In this document: piece by piece, positions 26,213-36,535 of the stretch | Layout: the number at the start of each line of letters is the position of its first letter | How positions within the stretch are numbered: the stretch's first letter is position 1 | Assembly: GCA_038321985.1 (NCBI GenBank) | Contig: JBBQFN010000003.1 | Coordinates: 128,001 to 192,000 of the forward strand | DNA length: 64,000 bases | Reading direction: 5' to 3' | DNA from: Cyanophyceae cyanobacterium | Lineage (GTDB): Bacteria; Cyanobacteriota; Cyanobacteriia; Cyanobacteriales; Laspinemataceae | Position numbers and translations under genes: made by a program | The notes under the pieces: generated by a model | Database searches by the model: none | What the model saw: only the letters and a program-made list of their open reading frames with translations | Told to the model about the DNA's origin: nothing

Positions 26213-29200
26213 ATGTCCCTTAAAGCCGAGGAAATTTTGATTAACATGAATCCAGAAACAGAGGTTTTTGTCTTTCCTGCATCCTTTGCCCAGCAACGAT
26301 TATGGTTTTTGAACCAATTAGCGCCCGATAATCCATTTTATAATGTATCGGCAGCGATTCAGTTGACGGGGACGCTCAATTTACCAGTCTTAGAACAAAG
26401 TTTTAATGAAATTGTGCGCCGTCATGAAACCTTACGCACTACTTTTACCCTACTAGAGGGACAAGTAGTACAAGTGATTTCCCCAGAGTTAACTCTCTGT
26501 GTGAATGCGATCGCCTTACATGATCTCCCTCAACCCAAACGGGACCAAGAAGCGCAACGATTGGCAACTTTAGCCACAGAAAAGCCGTTTGATTTAACCA
26601 CCGGTCCTTTACTGAGAATTGCCGTATTACAACTGAGTGAAATTAAGTCGATTCTATTGCTTAATTTCCATCATATTGTCGCCGATGGCTGGTCAATTGG
26701 CACGTTTCTAGGGGAACTGGGGACGTTATATACTGCCTTTACTAATCAGCAACCCTCCCCCCTGCCCGATCTACCGCTTCAATATGCTGACTTTACCGAA
26801 TGGCAGCATCAATGGTTACAGGGAGAATTATTAGAAACTCAATTAAACTATTGGCAACAACAATTACAGAATCTTCCTATCCTGAATCTACCTACCACTC
26901 GCCCTCGGCCCCCAATTCCCAGTTATCGAGGAGGAAAACAACAGTTTGCCCTCTCTCGGGCTTTAACAGCATCGATTAAACGGTTGAGTCAGCAAGCCGA
27001 AACTACTCTATTTATGACCCTGTTGGCTGCATTTAATATTTTACTTTATCGCTACACAGGGCAAACAGATATTGCGGTGGGTTCGCCTATTGCCAACCGC
27101 AATCGCCAGGAAATAGAAGGTTTAATTGGGTTTTTTGTCAATAGTTTGGTACTCCGAACAGATTTATCGGAAAATCCTACTTTTGAGGAGTTATTGAGTC
27201 AAGTAAAATCCGTTGCAGTTGCTGCTTATGCTAACCAAGATGTACCCTTTGAAAAGTTGGTAGAGTTACTGCATCCCGAACGAGATCTGAGCCAAAACCC
27301 TCTGTTTCAAGTCAGTTTTAGTTTACAAAATACTCCAACGGCTGCCCTAGAGTTACCGGGAATCACTTTAAGTCTGTTAGATTGGGATATCGCCACGGCT
27401 AAATTGGATTTAGAGTTTAATTTATGGGAAGAATTCGACCAAATTCAAGGTCAAGTAATTTATAGCACTGATTTATTTGAAGAGAGGACGATTACCCGGT
27501 GGATGGGGCATTTTCAAACGCTTCTAGCTGAAATTGTAACTGAACCCAATCAGCGGATTTCAGACTTGCCAATTTTAAGCGCAGCAGAACGCGACTGCCT
27601 CCTGATTGAGTTTAATTCTCCTCCCCTTCAGTCCCTGCACCAAAACCTACCCCAGTCTCACTCTTTCCTACATTTATTCGAGGAAAATGTCCGCCGATCG
27701 CCCGATAGTATTGCCCTGGTTTTTGCTGAACAATCTCTTACTTATCGGCAATTGCATCAACAATCTAATCAACTTGCCCGATATTTACAACAAGTTGGCG
27801 TTAAACCCGAGGTTCTAGTGGGTCTTTGTTTGCCTCCCTCTATAGAGGCAGTCACCTGTATTTTAGGCATTCTCAAAGCGGGGGGAGTCTATCTATATTG
27901 TGACCCCAATTATCCCCCAGAACGGCTAAATTTTATCTTAACAGATGCCGAAGTCTCTCTCGTACTGACGCGATCGCCCTTTGTCCCCCCACTTACTCCC
28001 AAACAAGTTTCCATCCTAGATTTGGACCAAAATCAAACCGCGATCGCCTACCAGAGTCCTGAAAATCTGATCTATCCCATCACTCCGAATAGTCTGGTTT
28101 ATGTTATTTACACCTCGGGTTCTACGGGAAAACCCAAAGGGGTTTTAATCGAACACCGAGGATTATATAACTTAATAATTGCCCAACATCAAATTTTTAA
28201 TATTCCTAAAAATAGCAGAGTTTTGCAATTTGCCTCCTTCAGTTTTGATGCCTCAATTTTTGAAATAGTCATGGCATTGAGTACCGGCACAACCCTCTAT
28301 TTAGCCGACGCAGAATCCCGCTATGGGGGAACCGCTTTAATGAAACTTTTAAGCGACTCTGCCATTACTCATGCTGCCCTCACTCCCACCGTGTTAGCAA
28401 CCTTACCCCCGCTGGAATTGCCGGCCCTCCATACCCTCATTTCTGCCGGGGAACCCTGTTCCGCAGCATTGGCTAAACGGTGGGTGGGTCAGTGCTACTT
28501 TTTTAATGCTTATGGACCCACTGAAGTCACCGTTTGGGCAACCTTTGCCCAAATTACTGATACCACCCAAAACCCGCCCATTGGTCGCCCCATTCCTAAT
28601 ACTCAAGTTTATCTATTAGATGCCAATTTACAGCCGGTTCCGATTGGTATCCCCGGGGAACTTTGTATCGGGGGGGAGGGAGTAGCAAGAGGCTATCTCA
28701 ACCGCCAAGAATTAACCCATCAGCGGTTTATTTCTCATTCATTTAGCCCTCAACAAAGACCAATTTTGTATAAAACTGGGGATTTAGCGCGCTACCAACC
28801 CAATGGCAATTTGGAGTTTTTAGGCCGCATTGACCATCAGGTAAAAATTCACGGTTATCGGATAGAATTAGGGGAAATTGAAGCGGTAATTCCTCAGTAT
28901 TCGGGAGTCAAAGAAGCCCGCGTAGTTGCCTTAGATGAGGGAGAAACTCGCCAGCTTGTAGCTTATATTCTGCCTCAAAGAAATCAAGAGATTAACTTAA
29001 GCGAACTCCGCAGTTTTCTAAAAAAAATGTTGCCGGAGTACATGATTCCCCAGGCATTTATTGTGCTAGACTCCCTGCCTCTGACCGATCGCGGAAAAAT
29101 CGACCGTGATCGTCTACCCAGTCCAGAAACCCCGACCCATCGCCGGTTTATTGCCCCTCGTAATCCCAGCGAAGCCGCCTTAGCTCAAATTTGGGCAACC

Positions 29201-30280
29201 CTTCTCAAGTGCGATCTCGTCGGCATGAACGATAACTTCTTTGACTTAGGCGGCGATTCCCTCCTCGCCGTCCGACTCCTCACTCAAGTTAACCATCAAT
29301 TCCAACAACAATTACCCGTCTCTACCCTCTTCCTCCACCCCACCCTAGAAGGATTAGCCGATTGTCTGTTTTCCGAACTGGGCACTCTCCCCTGTTCGCC
29401 CTTAGTTCCCATTCAACCTCACGGAAAAAATCCCCCCTTTTTCTGCATTCACCCCATTTTAGGGGTTGTTTTTCCTTATTACGAGTTAGCCTTTCATCTG
29501 GGAAAAAATCAACCCTTTTATGCCTTGCAACCCCAAGGGATAGAAGGCAAGCATCCTCCCTTAACCCGGATTGAAGACATGGCAGCTTATTATATAAAAG
29601 CTATGCGAACGATACAACCCCAAGGACCTTATTTCTTAGGCGGCTGGTCTTTTGGTGGTTTAGTAGCCTTTGAAATGGCGCAACAATTAGAAAAAGCGGG
29701 TCATCAAGTAGGGTTACTAGCGGTGTTGGATACCCTCGCCCCAGTTGCGACAAATCAACCCTCTCTCTGGCAGGGGGGTAAATTTTTGTTAACCACCGCA
29801 GCCAGTTCGATTTGGCCGTTTTTGCGGGATTATTTTTATTTAATGAGTCAAGGAAACAAGCGGGATGGAGAGGAATTTAACCCCCGTAGCGATCGCCTCC
29901 ATCCAGGAGTTTCCCCTCTCACCCATCTTTTACACCGTTACTTAGCCAAAACCAGCCTTGCTGAATCCTTACATCCCGCATCCGATCGCCGCATCTTGCG
30001 GGAAGTCGCCTTGCGCCCCCTCTTACCCATTTTTCAAGCCAACAGCCAAGCGGTTCTTCACTATAAACCCTCCCTTTATCCCCACCGCATCACCCTGATT
30101 GCCTCCAGCGATCGGGCGATTGCCGCAGATCCGGATCCAGCCTTGGGCTGGGGCCAACTCACGACGCAACCCGTAGACGTGATTCGGATTCCCGGCAACC
30201 ATCTAACCATGCTGAGAAAGCCCCAGGTACAGCAACTCGCCTATCGGCTACTGGAATGTTTAGAACAGACATCTATATAA
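26213..30280 (+). CDS. Terminal NRPS module C-A-T-TE (aromatic residue predicted)
   Basis: 'HHIVADG', code about DAFAIAAVWK, PCP 'GGDSL', TE 'GWSFGG' and 'GNHLTM'. Confidence 0.93.
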   Translation: MSLKAEEILINMNPETEVFVFPASFAQQRLWFLNQLAPDNPFYNVSAAIQLTGTLNLPVLEQSFNEIVRRHETLRTTFTLLEGQVVQVISPELTLCVNAIALHDLPQPKRDQEAQRLATLATEKPFDLTTGPLLRIAVLQLSEIKSILLLNFHHIVADGWSIGTFLGELGTLYTAFTNQQPSPLPDLPLQYADFTEWQHQWLQGELLETQLNYWQQQLQNLPILNLPTTRPRPPIPSYRGGKQQFALSRALTASIKRLSQQAETTLFMTLLAAFNILLYRYTGQTDIAVGSPIANRNRQEIEGLIGFFVNSLVLRTDLSENPTFEELLSQVKSVAVAAYANQDVPFEKLVELLHPERDLSQNPLFQVSFSLQNTPTAALELPGITLSLLDWDIATAKLDLEFNLWEEFDQIQGQVIYSTDLFEERTITRWMGHFQTLLAEIVTEPNQRISDLPILSAAERDCLLIEFNSPPLQSLHQNLPQSHSFLHLFEENVRRSPDSIALVFAEQSLTYRQLHQQSNQLARYLQQVGVKPEVLVGLCLPPSIEAVTCILGILKAGGVYLYCDPNYPPERLNFILTDAEVSLVLTRSPFVPPLTPKQVSILDLDQNQTAIAYQSPENLIYPITPNSLVYVIYTSGSTGKPKGVLIEHRGLYNLIIAQHQIFNIPKNSRVLQFASFSFDASIFEIVMALSTGTTLYLADAESRYGGTALMKLLSDSAITHAALTPTVLATLPPLELPALHTLISAGEPCSAALAKRWVGQCYFFNAYGPTEVTVWATFAQITDTTQNPPIGRPIPNTQVYLLDANLQPVPIGIPGELCIGGEGVARGYLNRQELTHQRFISHSFSPQQRPILYKTGDLARYQPNGNLEFLGRIDHQVKIHGYRIELGEIEAVIPQYSGVKEARVVALDEGETRQLVAYILPQRNQEINLSELRSFLKKMLPEYMIPQAFIVLDSLPLTDRGKIDRDRLPSPETPTHRRFIAPRNPSEAALAQIWATLLKCDLVGMNDNFFDLGGDSLLAVRLLTQVNHQFQQQLPVSTLFLHPTLEGLADCLFSELGTLPCSPLVPIQPHGKNPPFFCIHPILGVVFPYYELAFHLGKNQPFYALQPQGIEGKHPPLTRIEDMAAYYIKAMRTIQPQGPYFLGGWSFGGLVAFEMAQQLEKAGHQVGLLAVLDTLAPVATNQPSLWQGGKFLLTTAASSIWPFLRDYFYLMSQGNKRDGEEFNPRSDRLHPGVSPLTHLLHRYLAKTSLAESLHPASDRRILREVALRPLLPIFQANSQAVLHYKPSLYPHRITLIASSDRAIAADPDPALGWGQLTTQPVDVIRIPGNHLTMLRKPQVQQLAYRLLECLEQTSI

Positions 30281-30679
30281 GGAGGAATCATCAGGGATAG
30301 GCAAGTCAATCCGTTATTCCCTAGGGTGTCACCCCGGTTAAAACCTATCCCGCCTAAGTTTTGGACTAAATTTGAAGTTTCGGAAAACGGACCTAAAGTG
30401 GCTCCCCGCTTAGGGAATCCGCCGGATTATCAACACCTCCCTTGTCAGCCAAACTCCCCCATTTCCCCCCGGTTCCCAACTCTTCAACCTCATCAATAAT
30501 TTCCACAAACAAAAAGACTAACCGACCTTGGGGCAGTATGTTAAAGTAGTGTAGAAAAATCTGATTCAGTAATGAGTTTTGCTATTTGCTCCAGAATTGC
30601 CCCCGGATCAATCCGAATCGGCTTCGTCGGCAGGTACTTCTGATGAAACTGAATCCCTTTAAACTTTTGGAGGCTTCCC

Positions 30680-31018
30680 ATGTCGATTTATGTAGGCAAT
30701 CTATCCTACGATGTCACCGAACAAGACCTAAACAGCGTTTTCGCTGAATATGGAACGGTGAAACGAGTTAACCTTCCCACGGACCGCGAAACGGGGCGTC
30801 CACGAGGCTTTGGTTTTGTTGAAATGGACACCGATGCAGAAGAAACCGCGGCCATTGAAGCGCTTGATGGCGCTGAGTGGATGGGTCGAGATCTGAAGGT
30901 AAACAAAGCAAAACCCCGCGATGACAAACGCGGCGGCGGTGGCGGCGGCGGCGGTGGCGGTGGTAACCGCGGACGCGGCGGTTACGGCGGCGGCGGCGGC
31001 GGCGGCGGTTACAGATAA
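30680..31018 (+). CDS. rbp: Cyanobacterial RRM RNA-binding protein with Gly-rich tail (RbpA-like)
   Basis: RNP2 'IYVGNL', RNP1 'RGFGFVEM'. Confidence 0.95.
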   Translation: MSIYVGNLSYDVTEQDLNSVFAEYGTVKRVNLPTDRETGRPRGFGFVEMDTDAEETAAIEALDGAEWMGRDLKVNKAKPRDDKRGGGGGGGGGGGNRGRGGYGGGGGGGGYR

Positions 31019-31267
31019 TTCTCGGGATCCTAATCAATAGCAGGATAGAGGTGTCTGAGAATAAGCTGGCATCATTTCGCCAGGACATCTCCTCATCTGC
31101 ATACTTTGATATTAGAAACTCACCCTGGCGTGCGGGCTATCATTAACCCTGTTAGGGCCTAATACAGATAGGCCGCAATTTTTGCTGGCCTCAAGTAAAA
31201 TAAGAACTGTAAAGTTCTGACTTGAGGCTATCTCATAGCCAATGGACCTCTAGTAAAAGGAGTAGGA

Positions 31268-31447
31268 ATGACCCAAGTTTTAGTCGGAGAAAGCGAAGGC
31301 ATTGAATCAGCCTTACGTCGTTTTAAACGGCAAGTCTCACGAGCGGGGATCCTCGCCGATGTAAAGTGCCGTCGCCATTTTGAAACCCCGCAGGAAAAGC
31401 GTAAACGCAAGGCAAGCGCTGCGCGACGCAAGAGACGTTATCCTTAA
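31268..31447 (+). CDS. rpsU: 30S ribosomal protein S21 (59 aa, not in ORF track)
   Basis: [63 protein letters not shown] upstream. Confidence 0.95.
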   Translation: MTQVLVGESEGIESALRRFKRQVSRAGILADVKCRRHFETPQEKRKRKASAARRKRRYP

Positions 31448-31715
31448 TTAAAACGGCAGTCGCCGTATATGTACTTTTGGTTGGTGTTGGCCGTCCACAC
31501 TTGCTAGTCCTTCCGGAAATATCCAGGCGCTATTAAGCGCAAGGCTGGCTGTGGGCGGCTTTCTTCCCGTTTACAGACCTCGAATTTTGATCCGGTGACT
31601 GACATCCCGGGAAAAAAAGGGTGGGATTTTACCCGACTAACTTAGGGCAAAATAAGGAGAAATCAGGGCTATCATCTTTTCATATTTTCTGTCTTATAAC
31701 TCTTTAACAAATCTG

Positions 31716-32300
31716 ATGAATACTGATGAACTTCTCAATCGCTACAGAGAAGGAGAACGAGATTTTACAGGGGTAGATCTCCGACATTGTTATCTCTATC
31801 GTGCTCATTTACCCGAAATAAACTTAGCCGGTGCTAACCTCACAGATGCGAATTTGGGTCGGGCTAATCTCAACGGAGCCAATCTGAGTAGAGCAAATTT
31901 AACGGATGCTAAATTGACCGCAACGCTCTTGAAAAAAGCCAATCTCAGCGATGCCTTGCTGTGCCGTGCCAATCTGATGTTTGCTCAACTCGGACAAGCG
32001 GATTTAAACCGCGTCGATTTACAAGGGGCCAGCTTGTGGAAAGCTAGCCTGAGTAAGGCAGACTTGATGAATGCCAATATGCCACTGACGGATTGTTCCG
32101 GTGCTGATCTCGTCAGCACGAGCTTTGTGGGCGCGAATTTGGAAAAAGCGGACCTGAGCAGTGCGAACCTGATCGCGTCTGATTTTGGGGGGGCTAATTT
32201 AACCGATGCAAATTTGATTGGGGCGAACCTGTGGAACAGCAATCTCAATGGTGCTAATCTACACAATACTATTCTTCCAGACGGACATCAACATTTTTAA
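31716..32300 (+). CDS. Pentapeptide repeat protein
   Basis: 'ELLNRYREGERDF' followed by A(N/D)LxX repeats. Confidence 0.92.
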   Translation: MNTDELLNRYREGERDFTGVDLRHCYLYRAHLPEINLAGANLTDANLGRANLNGANLSRANLTDAKLTATLLKKANLSDALLCRANLMFAQLGQADLNRVDLQGASLWKASLSKADLMNANMPLTDCSGADLVSTSFVGANLEKADLSSANLIASDFGGANLTDANLIGANLWNSNLNGANLHNTILPDGHQHF

Positions 32301-32417
32301 AGGGCCTAGGTTCAGTCCATCGATCGCCCTTGTGTCAGGATTCCCCCATCAATTAAAAGCGGGCGCAATCTCCCTAATGCGATCGCAGGTCCCGCAAATG
32401 CCTAAGATAGAGGAGAT

Positions 32418-33926
32418 TTGGGGATCGGTTGGCGTGCAAAACCAGCCTGTACTTCTTCTACTGACCCCAATTCACTACTTGATCTGATCAGCTTGCTCGA
32501 TCGCCCGAAAGAGCAGCCCCCAAAAATTATGGAGTCTGTGGGAGTCAACGGCATGACCGCGAAAATCATCTTGTATAAATCCCTAGAAGCCCTAGTCTTT
32601 TTGCTAGGAGCGGCTTCTGCCCTTTTTATAACGCGCATCCCCGCTTGGGGACAAGAGGCAGAAATAACCCCTGTGAATCTTCAATTCCTCTATCCTCCCG
32701 CAGCGGATTCGTTGCTACAGGGAACAACCTCCCTTAACAACCCCCCATCCAATTCTGCGGAGGGTTTAAAAGGCGAGGGCCTAGAACAGGGTATTTCCCA
32801 ACAAAGGCAAAACCCGCCGACTCAACCTCAGCGTCCAGAACTAGAAACGATTCAAGAAGAACTGGATGATGACCCGGATTTTGCTGTGGTTCCTCTCCCG
32901 CGCTATAGCTCAATTAAAGGAATTCATGGCACCGTTGACTTTATCTTGACCAACATCGGGGAAAATAACCATACCCTCGATCTGCGCCTCGAAGGCGGTG
33001 AAAGCACCATTGGGGGAACGTTACGCTATACCGACCCTTGGCAAGAGTCGGGACCTCTAGATCCGGGCTATCAAGTCCGCTTATATAATACCCGATCGCC
33101 CGAATCCCAGTTCCTCAACGGCGAGCGCGAAGTCAATTTGATTCATGATCACGAGGCTTGGGTCGATCGCCTAGGCGGAAGTTTCTCCCTTTATCAACCC
33201 GTCACCCCCACCGGCATCGTTGTCTCAGCCGGAGCCAGCTACCAGCGGGTAGCCATTCGCAACTCAGCTTTTACCAGTCAGCTCTTTAGCAGCGATCGCC
33301 TAGGCAATCCCCTAACCTTTAGCGAGGAAGGTCTAGATACCCTCGTTACCCTCAATCTCGGTCTATTCCAGGATCGACGGGACAGTGACGAATGGCCCAC
33401 CCGAGGTTATCGCTTTCAACTCGCCACCGAGCAATCCATCCCCGTTGGCAGCGCCGATATCCTATTTAACCGCTTGAGTGCCAGTTTTACCCAATTCGTC
33501 CCCTTTCAGGACCAAACCTTTGTCTTTAACCTTCAAGGAGGAACCATCATCGGTGATGTCCCCCCCTATCAAGCCTTTAATCTGGGCGGCAGTGACTCCG
33601 TGCGTGGCTATCAAGACGGAGAAATCGGGACCGGGCAAAGTTATATTCAAGGCACGGTAGAATATCGCTTTCCCCTACTCGAAGACTTAAATATTCCTTA
33701 TTCCTCAGACTTAGGCGGAACCGTTTTTGCCGATTTTGCTAGCGACCTCGGTTCTGGGGATGAGGTACATGGCGAACCGGGGTCCGTGCGGAATAAACCG
33801 GGTAATGGGTTTGGCTTAGGTCTCGGCGTCCGGCTGCTTACGGATTTTGGCCCCGTGCGGCTGGAATTTGCAGTCAGTGATCAGCGGGATGTCAGCGCCA
33901 TCTTTAAGATTGGGGAACGCTTCTAA
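32418..33926 (+). CDS. Omp85/BamA-TamA family beta-barrel protein without clear POTRA domains; probable start 32553
   Basis: 'YTDPW', 'FNLGGSDSVRGY', 'GPVRLEFA', C-terminal 'IGERF'. Confidence 0.85.
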   Translation: MGIGWRAKPACTSSTDPNSLLDLISLLDRPKEQPPKIMESVGVNGMTAKIILYKSLEALVFLLGAASALFITRIPAWGQEAEITPVNLQFLYPPAADSLLQGTTSLNNPPSNSAEGLKGEGLEQGISQQRQNPPTQPQRPELETIQEELDDDPDFAVVPLPRYSSIKGIHGTVDFILTNIGENNHTLDLRLEGGESTIGGTLRYTDPWQESGPLDPGYQVRLYNTRSPESQFLNGEREVNLIHDHEAWVDRLGGSFSLYQPVTPTGIVVSAGASYQRVAIRNSAFTSQLFSSDRLGNPLTFSEEGLDTLVTLNLGLFQDRRDSDEWPTRGYRFQLATEQSIPVGSADILFNRLSASFTQFVPFQDQTFVFNLQGGTIIGDVPPYQAFNLGGSDSVRGYQDGEIGTGQSYIQGTVEYRFPLLEDLNIPYSSDLGGTVFADFASDLGSGDEVHGEPGSVRNKPGNGFGLGLGVRLLTDFGPVRLEFAVSDQRDVSAIFKIGERF

Positions 33927-33994
33927 AGCCCGAGTTCTCACCCTCACTTACACAAATCCTCACGGCTCAATTTACCGATCGCCATCACCCTAAC

Positions 33995-34861
33995 ATGGAT
34001 ATTCATGAACTGCTAACCCGATACGCTCAAGGAGAGAGACTCTTTTCCAAAGTCAATTTATGTGAGGCGCACCTAAGCGGCACGAATCTCAGCCGAGGGA
34101 TTTTTCGCGATGCCACCTTACAGGAAATTAATCTTAGTTCCGCTTATCTCAGACGGACGGATTTTCGCGGTGCGGACTTGAAGGGAGCAGACCTCCGAGG
34201 GTCCTATCTGAAAGGGTCTGACCTCCGAGGTGCAGATTTGAGATGGGCGGATATGGGAGCAACGGACATTTCTGATGCCCTCTACAACAGCCAGACTCAA
34301 TTTCCCCTAGGGGTTGATCCCAAAGCCAGAAATGCTTATGAGATCGCCCCAAAGGCGGATTTATCCCTCGCTTATCTTTACAAAGCTGATTTGCGCTGGA
34401 CGAAGCTCACCGATGCCAACCTCTCCCAAGCCTATCTATACCGAGCGGATCTGCGTTCTGCGGACCTGCGGGGAACTGATTTAAGTGAGGCTAACCTTCG
34501 GGCTGCGTTGTGTGATGGGGACACCTGCTTTCCCGAAGGGTTTGATGCTAATAGTGCCGGTGTTTATTGGATCGGCCCTCACGTTTTCCTCCCGGATGCC
34601 CTCCTGTGCGGGGCGAGACTCAGCGGGGTAGACTTCAGTGGAGCCGATTTGAGCGGTGCTGACTTGACGCGTGCGGACCTCTCTCGTGCCAATTTGGAGA
34701 ATGCCAACCTCAGTGGCGCTAATTTGACAGCAGCCAATTTGCTCGGGTCCAATTTACTGGGTGCCCAAGTGACTGATGCGGAATTTGCTAACGCCGATTT
34801 ACGCGGCGCGATCGCCCCCGATGGTACCCCAACCGCCAACTTAGCCCGCGATCGGGTTTAA
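33995..34861 (+). CDS. Pentapeptide repeat protein
   Basis: ADLxG repeats with two 'TxFPxGxD' loops. Confidence 0.92.
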   Translation: MDIHELLTRYAQGERLFSKVNLCEAHLSGTNLSRGIFRDATLQEINLSSAYLRRTDFRGADLKGADLRGSYLKGSDLRGADLRWADMGATDISDALYNSQTQFPLGVDPKARNAYEIAPKADLSLAYLYKADLRWTKLTDANLSQAYLYRADLRSADLRGTDLSEANLRAALCDGDTCFPEGFDANSAGVYWIGPHVFLPDALLCGARLSGVDFSGADLSGADLTRADLSRANLENANLSGANLTAANLLGSNLLGAQVTDAEFANADLRGAIAPDGTPTANLARDRV

Positions 34862-34862
34862 A

Positions 34863-34903
34863 AATTAAGAGACTTGAGATCAGGCATCTCAAGTCTCTTA
34901 ATT
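34863..34903. terminator. Bidirectional terminator between convergent genes
   Basis: AATTAAGAGACTTGAGAT-caggc-ATCTCAAGTCTCTTAATT. Confidence 0.8.
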
Positions 34904-34935
34904 CTCACAATTTCGCACTCACCCTTAAAATTTAC

Positions 34936-35664
34936 TTAAAATTTAGAAATTCTAAACCCTTGTGGCAGATTTGCACCGTCTAATTGTGCCTGCTGTAGAT
35001 TAGAATTTTTTACCTGAGCACCGGATAAATCCGACGCCATCAGGTTCGCCCCCATCAGGTTAGCATCCGTGAGGTTGGCATCTCGTAAGTTAATTCCGGC
35101 GATATCAAAGGGATACGCTTGACCATCCTGAAGACTGAACTGAAGATCGTTGCCGACAGACTGCTGCGTATTGTAAAGATTGGCCCCCACCAGTTCGGCA
35201 CTCTCTAGGTTGGCACCGACTAAGTTAGCCCATTGTAAATTGGCATTCGTTAAATTTGCAATTACCATTCCTGCCAAGGTGAGGTTAGCACGGGATAAGT
35301 CTACATTTTCCAAATTTGCCCCATGGAGTCTCGCGGCCATCAAACTCGCACCGCGTAATTTCGCATCCATTAGCTGAGCATTGACGAGGTCCGCTTCATT
35401 CAGATTAGCTCCCTCTAAGTTGCTGCCGTTGAGGTTCGCGCGCTCTAGGTTCGCCCCTCGTAAGTTTTGCCCTGCTAAATTAACTCCACTGAGGTCACAT
35501 CCGGGACACTCGTTGGTTTCCAGTAACTGTTTCACGTCTTCTGGGTTAGACGCTAATGCCGGTGCTGTCATAGTCGCCGCCATCGTGGTTGTGATTGTCC
35601 AGGCGGCGATCGCAAATATCCCTGATTTCATGCTGCTCATACATTCCCCATCACCTCTCCTCAT
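34936..35664 (-). CDS. Secreted/lumenal pentapeptide repeat protein
   Basis: Signal peptide ending 'PALA', 'LLETNECPGCDL', ANL repeats. Confidence 0.9.
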   Translation of the reverse strand: MRRGDGECMSSMKSGIFAIAAWTITTTMAATMTAPALASNPEDVKQLLETNECPGCDLSGVNLAGQNLRGANLERANLNGSNLEGANLNEADLVNAQLMDAKLRGASLMAARLHGANLENVDLSRANLTLAGMVIANLTNANLQWANLVGANLESAELVGANLYNTQQSVGNDLQFSLQDGQAYPFDIAGINLRDANLTDANLMGANLMASDLSGAQVKNSNLQQAQLDGANLPQGFRISKF

Positions 35665-35870
35665 GCCTCCTAATTATCCGGCATTATGAATAATTTCGCC
35701 GTGATTCTTATCGAACACTCAATGCGATCGCGATCGGTGCTCTAAGGCGATCGATATCACCTTTAATCCTCACCCTAAACCGATTGCCACACACTAAGTA
35801 CATTAACTCATTGACAAATTCTCACTAGCCACCTTCTAAAAATCCCCCCTGAATCAGGAGGGATAACCTC

Positions 35871-35900
35871 TGTGGAGACCAGAAATGGGGCGTCTCTACA
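35871..35900. repeat. Degenerate cyanobacterial REP-like palindrome
   Basis: TGTGGAGAC...GTCTCTACA. Confidence 0.45.
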
Positions 35901-35918
35901 GACTTCAGCCATCAGCCA

Positions 35919-36266
35919 TCATCCATGGTTTAAAATCGATTCAAACGTGGCCCGTAAGGAACTCACATCCGCCACCCGAGCCACTAGCAAATTATGATCC
36001 CCCGCATCTTCTAAACGCCCTTTCCAATAACCAATTTTATCGGGGTTATGAAGCCAAAAGTTGATCACGGTTTGCACCACTCCATCTAAATCCCACTCCT
36101 TAGCGGGAGAAACGGTTTGCACGGAATCAATAAACGCATCAAGAGTGCATTTTTGAGTACCGAGATATTCCACACCTACCCTAGAATCAGCAATAACTGT
36201 CTCCTGTTGTTGATTAAAAAAGTATAAAATTGGGGAGACCCCTAAAAGGTCGAAGGTGTATTTCAT
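35919..36266 (-). CDS. Hypothetical protein
   Basis: 115-aa ORF preceded by AAGGAG. Confidence 0.75.
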   Translation of the reverse strand: MKYTFDLLGVSPILYFFNQQQETVIADSRVGVEYLGTQKCTLDAFIDSVQTVSPAKEWDLDGVVQTVINFWLHNPDKIGYWKGRLEDAGDHNLLVARVADVSSLRATFESILNHG

Positions 36267-36427
36267 CTCAACATTCTCCTTCGTTCTATTTGTGTTTTAA
36301 TATCTTTTTGATACCAGACTTTGGAGGAACCAATCGTTATCTGTGTTACCAGAATAACCCGAATTGTAAAAGTTTGGAGGGAATTTAACAAATCTATTCC
36401 CCGGGAGTGAGATTGCCCCAATATTTG

Positions 36428-36454
36428 TTAGCACTCTAACTGGGAGAGTGCTAA
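36428..36454. promoter_or_regulatory. CIRCE element (HrcA operator)
   Basis: Exact TTAGCACTC-N9-GAGTGCTAA. Confidence 0.9.
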
Positions 36455-36535
36455 TAAATGAACCTTTAAAAAGCCCCAGGACTGCCTGATCGCTCCCTAA
36501 ATTTGATACTCTAAATAGAACATTTATTTAACCCT

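Noticed and set aside
30931..31010. GGC tandem repeat
   Set aside because: Encodes the normal Gly-rich tail of Rbp
31228..31431. 67-aa minus-strand ORF
   Set aside because: Shadow of rpsU on the + strand
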